Position numbers and translations under genes: made by a program | Notes under the pieces: generated by a model | Told to the model about the DNA's origin: nothing | Seen by the model: only the letters and a program-made list of their open reading frames with translations | Database searches by the model: none | NCBI RefSeq assembly: GCF_006345805.1 | Contig: NW_021833297.1 | Span: 11,559-75,558, forward strand | From: Octopus sinensis | Lineage: Eukaryota | Length of the DNA stretch: 64,000 nt | Reading direction: 5' to 3' | Shown: piece after piece, positions 53,714 to 64,000 of the stretch | Layout: each line of letters begins with the position of its first letter | Position numbering within the stretch: position 1 is the stretch's first letter

Positions 53714-54229
53714 CTTTATAATTAGAAAGGGAAAATAGTGGATATTGCAGCAGATAAAAAAAAACATCGCAGAAACGACTGTTCCTACACAGACTCGGAA
53801 CTTCACACAAATGAGACCTCTTCGATAATAATTGTCATTCTTACATGGGACGCTACAGCCCTGAGAAACAGACTAACAGGACGTGATAATCACAGTTAAC
53901 CTTGATCGACGGGGGCGTTTAGGTTACATGATTATCTACCATATCTTATCTCTCATCGATGGTAGCCATACAGTTCAAGTAATTTTGTATACGTGTTTTA
54001 TTTCGTTCACAACTTGATAGAAGTGGCATTGCTAGGTTTTAATTTTGTGGTGGGATTATGGTTTACTGAATAGGATATCACTACAATCTGGGACATGCAA
54101 TATCGATACGGTCTTGTATGCATATAGTATTTAGAATTCACTGGATGTTGTATTGTAATATTCCAGTACTAACACTATGACCGGGCTGCTAGTGCATGCA
54201 TATACAGCTGCGTGCGTGCGCACATACAC

Positions 54230-54526
54230 GCGAGTACTGTCCAACTTTCCGACCAATCACATACAGCTAGCTGGCATTCAATTGACGTATCAAGTTTCGG
54301 GCATTTTGATTGGGTTTTGGATAGAAAATTCACAAAAAAGTCGCTTCTATTGATTTTTTAATGGCTTTGCGGGGTGACTGGGAAATGTAAAGATGTGCAC
54401 GACCACCCTTGGACAATTTTGAATGACCATAGAAAGTGCGGGCCCTCTAACTGAAAAATTGTGGATTTGTATAAAGGACACGCACATACACACAGACAGA
54501 CATTTTGGCGTTTATATATAGAGAGA
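54230..54526 (-). mobile_element. Possible second Helitron-like family (5' part)
   Basis: 5' end a|TCTCTCTATATATAAAC followed by CTGTCTGTGTGT microsatellite; no clear 3' CTAG terminus in this orientation. Confidence 0.35.
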
Positions 54527-55209
54527 TATGTGGGTCAGCTAAGAGTTCGAACATGTAGCAATTATGCATTCGCGTATATGCTTTAACTTTAACGACTTGT
54601 GTTCGACATCTTGATACTACATTTTTACATTAACAGTAGAAGGTAATAGAGATTGAGAGAAAAAAACAAAACAAACAGAAATGAAAAGAAAAGGACAGAA
54701 ATATTAAAATGTAGTGCTTAACAGATATGGCGAGAAGCTGAAGTTAAATACTATATTAAACAATCCACAATCAAGCGTGGCTCGCTTGTAAACAATAATT
54801 GTAAACGACAAACAATTTTCCATTTAACGTTAACTCATCTCTGTCTATTTCAATCTCATACCAACCGATGTTTACTCTCCATTAACGTATTTGCCAATGT
54901 AAACAGATACATGTCAACTTTAGATTTCTCACGGGAAGGTTTTAATAACAAAAGATCTTCAACGAATTTTATTGAAACTTCCAATAGAGACTAGATTTTC
55001 TAAACTTGTCAAAAATTGACTTGAGTTAAATCCTACGTTATATGTGACCCTGCTCGGAAAGTCCAACAAAAAATGTATGTGATGGTGGTGCGGGGTCGGA
55101 TTATATTTTTTGGCTCTCTACAGATTCATTTTATCGTTTTCGTTTAAACATTTCTTTTACTAATTGGTCATTGAACTGCTGCCATGCTGGAACACCCCGC
55201 TCGACATTT

Positions 55210-55600
55210 TTTTACAAAAGTATTTTTTACAGCGCAGGAGTGGCTGTGTGGTAAGTAACTTGCTTACTAACCACATGGTTCCGGGTTCAGTCCCACTGCG
55301 TAGTACCTTGGGCAAGTGTCTTCTACTATAGCCTCGGGCTGACCAAAGCCTTGACAGTGAAAGAAGCCCGTCGTATATATGTATATATATGTGTGTGCGT
55401 TTGTTTGTGTGTCTGTGTTTGTCCCCCTAGCATTGCTTGTCAACCGATGCTGGTGTGTTTATGTCCCCGTCACTTAGCGATTCGGCAAAAGAGACCGATG
55501 GAATAAGTACTGGGCTTACAAAGAATAAGTCCCGGGGTCGAGTTGCTCGATTTAAGGCGGTGCTCCAGCATGGCCGCAGTCAAATGACTGAAACAAGTAA
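55210..55600 (+). mobile_element. tRNA-SINE family B
   Basis: Head, body and tail match the family B consensus, with an internal deletion. Confidence 0.85.
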
Positions 55601-55906
55601 AGACTATATTAAACCCCATCACATCTTTCAGGCTTGTATTTGCTACATATTTTATCGAAATTATTTGAAATATATTAAAACTGTTTAAACTGTGTGCATT
55701 TTCCTTCTTTTCTTACACACACACACACATACACACACATATATATATTTGGAATTCACAGAGTAACAAAATAAAAGACGAAGACGGGTGTGTAAACAAC
55801 AAACAGATGAATTAGTTTAACGCTTGTGAAGTGAGAATGTCTTTTACGTTTCGAGCCTGCGCTCTTCAACAGAAAGGAACACAGAAATAAGCTCAGAGAG
55901 AGAAAG

Positions 55907-56015
<109 letters not shown>

Positions 56016-56370
56016 TGTGTGTTGTGTGTGTGTGTGTGTGTGCGTGTGTGGAGGCGCAATGTATATATAAGAAAGTAAGAAAATGGAAATATAGTGATGA
56101 GCAACAATTGACTTACATCAATTATTATTTATTAATTGAATCCAAACAGACTGCATCCCATCTAACAGCTGTTTCTGCTTCCAATATTGTATGGTATAAC
56201 CCTTGATATGCTAAAACTATTTATCATATGTTCCTATAAAATCAATCATAGTACTTCATCTGCGTGAAGAATAAATAAAAAAGAACCTAGAAAAGAAAAA
56301 GGAAAAGTTGGATATGGTTGTAATCAGACCAATTCCAGTTTGCTTGTGTATCTCTTTGGGAGGTTCATCT

Positions 56371-56402
<32 letters not shown>

Positions 56403-56416
56403 CATACATACATACA

Positions 56417-56478
<62 letters not shown>

Positions 56479-57338
56479 TATATATTCGTGTGTGTGTCTC
56501 CTGTTTGTCCGCCACCATCACTTGACAACCGATATTGGTGTGTCTACGTCTCCGCGGTCGGCAATAGAGACCGATACAATAAGTACTAGGGTGACAACAA
56601 ATATGTCCTGCGATCGATTTCTTCGACTAAAGGCGGTACTCCAGCATGAACGCCGTCAAATGACTGATAGAAGTAAAAGAATAAAAGGATACACACACAC
56701 ATATACACACACACACGCGCATATATATATATATAATAATTATATAACAACAAAAGAACGAATGAGACATCGATATATTGTAGATAGAGGAATTTATCTA
56801 TAAATATAATATGTGACGATTGGTTGTCATAATAAAACTCAGTGTTTCAGTTGCCGGGACTGAAGTCTCCCCCGGCATCTCATCAGTTATTAAGACAAAC
56901 AAGAACTCTTTTGTCCTTTTACTTGTTTCAATCATTTCTCTGCGGCTATGCTGGAGCATCGCCTTAAAGAGCTTTAGTCGAAGAAACCGACCCCCGGACT
57001 TATTACACATAAGCCTACTTCTTATTCTATCGGACTTCCTTGCTGAACTGCTAAGTTGGAGGACGTAAACACACCAGCATCAGTGTTTTCAAGTGATGGT
57101 AGGAGGAGAGGCACAGGCCCAAAGGCACACACAGAGATACACACACGTATACGACGGATTCCTTTCAGTTTCCGTCAACCAAATAGATTCACAAGGCTTT
57201 GGTTTGGCAGATGCAATAGTAGAACACACAAGGTATCACGGAGTGGGACTGAAACCGGATCCATGTGGTTGGAAGGCAAGCTTCTTACCACACAACCACA
57301 CCTGTGCCTATGAATGCGTGTGGATATATATATTTATA

Positions 57339-57454
<116 letters not shown>

Positions 57455-57467
57455 GTGTGTGTGTGTG

Positions 57468-57838
57468 TGGAAGCGCAATGGCCCAGTGGTTAGGGCAGCG
57501 GATTCGCGAAGGTCTATCGCGGTTTCGATTCCCAGACTGAGCGTTGTGAGTGTTTATTGAGCGAAAACACCTAAAGCTCCATGGGTATCCGGTAGGTTGT
57601 GGTGGTGAACCCTGTTATACTTTTTTACCACAACTTTTTCTTACACTTTCTGCTTGTTTCTGTTGAATTTCAAAAGGCCAGCCTTGTCTCACTCTGCGTC
57701 ACGCTGAATCTCCCCGAGAACTATGTTATGGGTACACGTGTCTGCGGAGTGCTCAGCCGCTTACACGTTAATTTCACGAGCAGACTGTTCCGTTGATTGG
57801 ATCTACTGGAACCCATGTCGTCGTAACCGACGGAGTGC
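57468..57838 (+). mobile_element. tRNA-SINE family C (more diverged)
   Basis: Same head, body and tail as the other family C copies. Confidence 0.82.
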
Positions 57839-57850
57839 GATAGTCTATAT

Positions 57851-57904
<54 letters not shown>

Positions 57905-57986
57905 GTACATGCCTGCTCACATACACACATATGGATATATTTGATATATGGATGTATGCATGCCTGTGAGCAGGCATGTACATATG

Positions 57987-58124
<138 letters not shown>

Positions 58125-58226
58125 CACACACAAACACACTCGCACATACATGCATAAATGTATATACACATATATAGATCGATGTATACAAGATGTAAAC
58201 ATATACAAATTTATGAGTTTAACGTA

Positions 58227-58267
<41 letters not shown>

Positions 58268-58944
58268 GCAAATGTGGTGTGTTTATAATTTATTGTAGTA
58301 TATGTTATACACGTTAAATAATAGTTCATTAGTATATCTTGGATGAACTCCTATTGTTCTGTGTTCTGTCGTCTGAAAAATACTTAAAAAGAGACATTGT
58401 CTTACGATGTTGCAAATTACACTCTTTTGAAGAAAGGTTATTGTAGTTTGTATATTATGAATTATAAACATATTATATAAACATTTTAAGCGCTCGATGA
58501 CATTATCGTTAGAGTCAACACCACCACCACCACCATAACTACCACCACTATGCAAGTTGCTGTAACGCATTAATTACAATTGTTTGTGTTGTAGTATTAA
58601 ATTCGAGCATTAAAAGAAAATAAAAATCAGGGGATGAAATATAATGGCTTTTAGAATGAAACAGGGTTTGCAATACGTTCCTCACCGTGTTAAACTCAAG
58701 CAAATACGACATGTATATGAGTGTGTATGCGTGTGTATATGCATATATGTATGTCATTATTCAGTTTATTCCAAGATTTCCTGCCAATAGAGAAAGAACC
58801 GGTTTCCAATCCAGATCCAAGGCCCCTTCATTGGAATTTCAACATCAACAACAGGGCATTTTTGTTTGTTAGAATGTCATTATTAAGTTTATTTGAAGAT
58901 TTCTTGCCAATAGTGAAAGAATGGGTTTCTAACCTAGATCGAAG

Positions 58945-59160
58945 TTTTCTTCATTGCCTTTCCCTCTCGGTTTTAAGTAGGTCGGCAGTGCAATCTTCAC
59001 TATGGAATCAGCTGATAGCCGGATCCGTCCTACACGCGACAGCAGCTGTTCGGCATAAACCCACAGGTCAGCAATACTCCGGCACTGGACGAGTGCGTGC
59101 AGAACGTTTTCGTCGTCCTGAACGCACCTCGGGCAAGCCCGGCTGACGGGCACTTCCGTG
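58945..59160 (-). mobile_element. L1/Tx1-type LINE C-terminal fragment
   Basis: Translates as CPRCVQDDENVLHALVQCRSIADLW, a CCHC knuckle followed by LW as in L1/Tx1 ORF2 C-termini. Confidence 0.6.
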
Positions 59161-59173
59161 AATACACACACGA

Positions 59174-59206
<33 letters not shown>

Positions 59207-59444
59207 CACAACACACACACACACACACACATACACACACACACATAGAACACATAGTGAGGGTATATTAATCCGGGCAAAATACTTCATAAGCTCTCTG
59301 TTGGTACATCAGGCTAACAATATTGTTTAGATTAGTGAAGAATTATGGTTCTTCCCAATTCTATATTGTAAGTCCGTGGATTTGGTTCAGATAAACTTGT
59401 TTTTCTTCTTTTCTTGATTTTTCTCTAAATCTTTGAGACCGCCC

Positions 59445-59774
59445 CCCTCGGTCACGACACTGACCATGGGATTGCACCTAGAAAGTTACCCTCTGAGGCA
59501 CAAGTCTGGGCAAGGTTGTTTATGGACCAGCAGTCCCTCACGCATACAAGCATCCCCTCTCCACGCCATATGTGTTATCCAAGGGAAAGGCAAAGGGGCC
59601 GATACAGCTTGGCACCTGTGGCGTCGCAACTCATTTCTACAGCTGAGTGAACTGGAGCAACGTGAAATAAAGTGTCTTGCTCAAGAACGCAACACGCAGC
59701 CCGGTCCTGGATTCGAGCTCACAACCTCACGTTCGTGAGCTCGACGCTCTAACTACTGAGCCATGCGCCTTCAC
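59445..59774 (-). mobile_element. tRNA-SINE with CORE-like central domain
   Basis: tRNA head then TTCTTGAGCAAGACACTTTATTTCACGTTGCTCCAGTTCACTCAGCTG. Related bodies carrying the family C tail occur at 12031-12343(+), about 41815-42088(-) and about 61225-61520(-). Confidence 0.7.
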
Positions 59775-59786
59775 TAAACTTGTTTT

Positions 59787-60023
59787 TAGAATCGTGGTCA
59801 TTCCACATAATTCCTTTATTAAAGTAAATGTGGCTTACAGCTGTTTCCAGTAGTCATTATAGATAGGTTTACTCCATTGGTCTGTTGTTCAACTGCGATA
59901 AATTGAAAAGCCGAAGAAAATTAATGATACCTACGTCAGAAGCTCTGACGAAGGTATCACTGGAAACAGCTGTAAGCCAAATTTACTATCATAAAGAAAT
60001 TATGTGGGACGACCATTATTCTA
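59787..60023. repeat. Fold-back palindrome interrupted by about 74 bp in the left arm
   Basis: Arms 59787-59851 + 59926-59940 versus 59944-60023, 3-nt loop. Confidence 0.75.
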
Positions 60024-60130
60024 TCTTGTCTATTATTAAAAAAAACACTCACATACATACACACTCACACACACACATACACACATACACACACACATAC
60101 GCACACACAAAGGCACACACATATATATAT

Positions 60131-60440
60131 GTGGGGCGCAATGGCCCAGTGGTTAGGGCAGCGGACTCACGGTCGGAGGACCGCGGTTTCGATTCCCAGG
60201 CCGGGCGTTGTGTGTGTTTATTGAGCAAAAACACCTAAAGCTCTACGAGGTTCCAGCAGAGGGTGGTGGCGACTCCCTGCTGTACTCTTCCGCCGCAACT
60301 TTCTCTCACTCTTTCTTCTGTTGGCTTGCTCGCTTAGCCAGCGGGTTGGCGTCATTTGAAGGCTAAAACAATGCGAAGCGCATTGTGACCAACGATGTGT
60401 TGCAACATCTGATAGCCTGGTCGGTCACGTGATCACGTGA
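60131..60440 (+). mobile_element. Family C-head SINE with alternative tail 3
   Basis: Same head and body, then an unrelated tail ending gtcacgtgatcacgtga. Confidence 0.7.
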
Positions 60441-61068
60441 TATACATATGTATATGTATATATGCGGTCACAGGAGTGTGACGAAAGGACTCTGGCCGAA
60501 AGAAGATTAAGATTAATGTAAAAAATAAATAACACTGAAGCAAAATAACACCAAATATATAGTGCGTGTGTTTTTATTGGCTAAACTGGCAATATGACCA
60601 TTCCGAAATATAACAATAGAACAATATATATATATATATATATAATATATATAATATATATATATATATAACATTATATATATATATATATATATAATAT
60701 ATAATATCTATATATATTATATATATACTCGTATGATGAGTCACTCCGTTATTCGATATACTCCCATAAGTATGAACATATCTACATATATACATTTAGA
60801 CATACATGATTTCAACTGAGGAAAAGAGAAAGCAACTGAAGTCTGTGTGCGAGTTTGAGTGTATGTGTGATTGTATGTGTGTATGAGTGCGTGTGTATAT
60901 GTATATATGTATATAAATTTAGATTCAGATGAATATGGTACTTAAGTTAAATGCACCAAAATTTTGTATGGTATTATCCATATAAATTCATGGGGTGATT
61001 ATAGTCAAAATAAGCAACAAGTATATCTGAGGTATTACCTCGGTTATACTTGCTGCTTATTTTGGATA

Positions 61069-61106
<38 letters not shown>

Positions 61107-62129
61107 CAAAATAAGAGGACCAAATATCGTTAAGCATTTTGCCCGGTATACTAACGATCCTACCAATTTGCGGTCTTAATAAAACTTAAATATATCCTAA
61201 TATATAAACTGGTACTTTGTCATTTACTAGGGCAATCAACGGAACAACTTGCTCGAAAAACAAATTAACTTGCAAGTGGCTGATAATTCTACAGATACGC
61301 GTTCCATTCACATAGTTCCCAGGGAGATTCAGCATGACACGGACATACTGACAAGGCTGGCCCTTTGAAATACAGATACGACTGGATTTTACCAGCTGAG
61401 TGGTCTGAAGCAACGTGAAATAGGGTGTCTTACGCCAGGATACAACGCGCTGTTGGGAGTCGAACTCGTGATCTTGTGATCCTGAATCGGCTATTCTTAC
61501 CTCTTAGCCACGCGCCTTCACTGTATTGTCTACGCTATTCATATACATACCACCAGCCTCTCCTAGTCATATCTTTCAGCTCGTTTCTTTTTAAGGTGTC
61601 CTTCATATGTGTGCGTGTATGTATGTGTGCGTGTGCGTGTGGGTGTGGGTGTGGGTGTGCGTGTGTCTGGGTGTGTGTGCATGTGTGTGTGTGCGCGTTT
61701 GTGCGTGTTTGTGTGTGTGTGTATGTGCGTGTATGTGTGTCCGTGTATGTGTGTGTGCGTATATGTATGTGTGTGTGTGCGCGCGCGCGTGTGCGTGTGT
61801 GTGTGTGTGTGTGCTTTAAAAATGTATTTTTCTTTATTTCAATAATTTGCAGGTGAAAAAGTGAGTCGATATCATCGACCACAAAATTTGATTTTCTTTA
61901 TTTTATCGAACCAGAGATGTCAAAAGGAATTTGCGTAGGCGTCTGAGCAGTTATCACCTTGACAACTTTTTCTGCCCTGGTCAAGACGACGATCACACGC
62001 TACACACCTTCCTTCTAAGCGCTGCCTTAAACGGCAGCAATTTGAAATCAATTTGAACTCGGTGCAATTTTACTGAAAATCTAAAGATTCGGAATAAATA
62101 TCCTGAAGCAATTTTACGACGCTCTAGTG

Positions 62130-62341
62130 CAGTGCTTTTCCAACTTTTTGCTGGAGTGGAACCCCAAGGAAACATTCCACTGGCTCGAGGAACCCCATTT
62201 AATTGTCTTATGCACAAATATATGCACAGGAGAATTAAAAATTACTGCCGATTTTAGCAGTTTTGTAACTTCTTGCGGAACACCTGGCACAGTACTGGAT
62301 GAAACCCTAAGGTTCCGTGGAACCCTGGTTGAAAACCACTG
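62130..62341. mobile_element. hAT MITE, paralogous copy in the duplicated block
   Basis: Same TIRs and the same TSD CTCTAGTG (62122-62129, 62342-62349). Confidence 0.88.
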
Positions 62342-62717
62342 CTCTAGTGACTCATTGTGCTTGCTGCCTTCATGTACTAGCACTTTGCATGGTGGATTGT
62401 ACCGTTCATATCGACTTTTCTCCTAACACAGCCATAATCCAATATTTGAAACCGTATTAAAAATAATAGAAAAATCATAACTAAATAATACTTCCAGATG
62501 TTGACACAAGGCCAGCAACTTCCAAGTAGGAGATAAGTTGATTACATCGACAACAGTACTCAACTGGTTCTTATCTTATTAACCCCGAAAATATGAAAAG
62601 TAAAGTCAACCTTGGCGGAATATGAATTCAGAATAGAGCGACGGCGAAATGGCGCTAAACACTTTACTCTGCGCAAAAACGATTCTGTCAACTCGCCGCC
62701 TTATAAATTATTGTATA

Positions 62718-63103
62718 CTAGCAGTATCGCCCGGCGTTGCTCGGGTTTGTAAGGGAAATAACTATATAAGCATTTTTAGAGTTATAGCCAAAAAAATCCA
62801 TTAAAAATGGAAAAAAAAATATATATAAAATTTTTTTTAATCTTTGACTCATCGTAGACATTTTTAGAGAGTTACTTCCCTTATATAATAGCAAAAAAAT
62901 GCATTAAAATGGGAAAAAATGATGGTAAATTATTTTTTAAATCGTAGACTCATCGTAGACGCGCGCTAATACCCAGAAAGGCTCGATATGAATCACGACT
63001 ATAAGATACCCGGTTTTCGTTAAACTGCACCGCAAAATGTGGGAGTAGTTAGGAATCTAAATCGTAGGAGACAGGCGCACAACCTTACTTTTATATATAA
63101 AGA
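62718..63103 (-). mobile_element. Non-autonomous Helitron family H1, copy 3
   Basis: Same termini as copies 1 and 2; absent from the paralogous site at about 43160-43180. Confidence 0.85.
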
Positions 63104-63283
63104 TAATAAAAACAAAGACCATATTTGTTTAACGGCTTTATTTCATTCCGTGTCTACTTTTTCTTTAAAGATATGTATGTTATTGATTTTCTTTATATCT
63201 TCTTTGTATCCCAGCACCAGATGAGAGACTGACTTAGAACACGGTAGTCTGCGTTAAAGAGAGGTCGTCGCTTCATGTAACGT

Positions 63284-63586
63284 TCAGGATAAAAGCGATC
63301 CATGCTACCAACTAGTAGAAAAGAATTATGGAAGTTGCCGCCTAACGTTCCTCATTGGCTGGGGCCCAAAGCCATCTCTGCAACTTCACCACTTCTCCCA
63401 GCATTTTATAGGAATTCGCCATCATCATGTACGCTTTGAATTGAGCGTACATAGATTTAGTCAGCATTTTCCTCTAGCATTTTTTCTTCTGGTCATTTTT
63501 CGAATCGGATTTTCCGCCATGTCCGGGATCCATACCGTTACGCCAAAAAGAATCTGGTCCATCGTTGTTCCATCTTTTGTCACCGT
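63284..63586 (-). pseudogene. Terminal exon copy C, frameshifted as written (pseudo-exon or sequencing indels)
   Basis: Homologous to copies A/B with intact acceptor (63588-63587). A -1 indel in the A-run near 63480 gives TAG, and several further 1-3 nt indels occur at 63310-63395. Any partner first exon would lie beyond 64000. Confidence 0.7.
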
Positions 63587-63613
63587 CTGTTAAATTTTAT
63601 TGAAAAATACAAT

Positions 63614-63650
<37 letters not shown>

Positions 63651-63949
63651 TAATAGTAATAATAATAATAATAATAAAATAATAATAATAATAATAATAT
63701 AATAATAATGATAATAATGTTTTCAAATTTTGGCCACAAGGGTTGATTGGGGGAAGGGATTAACTTGATTACATCGATGCTGGTTCGTAACGGTGCTTAT
63801 TGAATAAGTGCCCCGAAAGGATGGAAAGCAACATAAATCGACGAGGCGGAATTTGAACTTAGAATATGCAGGCGGGCAAAATATCGCTAAGCATTTGGCC
63901 CTATGCTAACGATCCTACGAATTGCTGTCTTAATAACAACAACAACAAA

Positions 63950-63980
<31 letters not shown>

Positions 63981-64000
63981 TAATAATAATAATAATAATA

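Larger units (their letters stand above)
61118..64000 (+). repeat. Segmental duplication block, copy 2 (runs off the window end)
   Basis: Colinear with 41690-44110, plus a Helitron insertion. Confidence 0.9.

Noticed and set aside
58770-58940. Two diverged ~118-bp tandem units next to the L1/Tx1 fragment
   Set aside because: Probably part of the LINE 3' region; too degenerate to interpret separately.

Overview
AT-rich eukaryotic (animal) genomic DNA dominated by microsatellites and retroposons. The SINE families and the density of (TA)n/(TAA)n/(CATA)n tracts resemble octopus (Octopodidae) DNA; this is an inference from recognised repeat sequence, not a database result. Most ORFs in the supplied track are microsatellite artefacts. 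One convincing host gene was found on the minus strand. A TATA-led first exon (51692-51611) encodes a signal peptide (MNSLSIVFCFLAASVLTSEA|FDFLGGY) and ends in a phase-1 GT donor. It splices in frame to either of two tandemly duplicated, intact terminal exons (44811-44513 and 43656-43355), giving 126/127-aa secreted, basic-site-containing precursors of no family I recognise. A third, frameshifted copy of the terminal exon (63586-63284) lies in a diverged duplicate block at the window end. A near-full-length RTE LINE sits in the intron. Other elements: CR1-type, R4/Dong-type and L1/Tx1-type LINE fragments, a Penelope element with inverted pseudo-LTR, minimal hammerhead-like motifs, Tc1 and mariner relics, hAT MITEs, non-autonomous Helitrons and several modular tRNA-SINE families. 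No rRNA, genuine tRNA or CRISPR array is supported.
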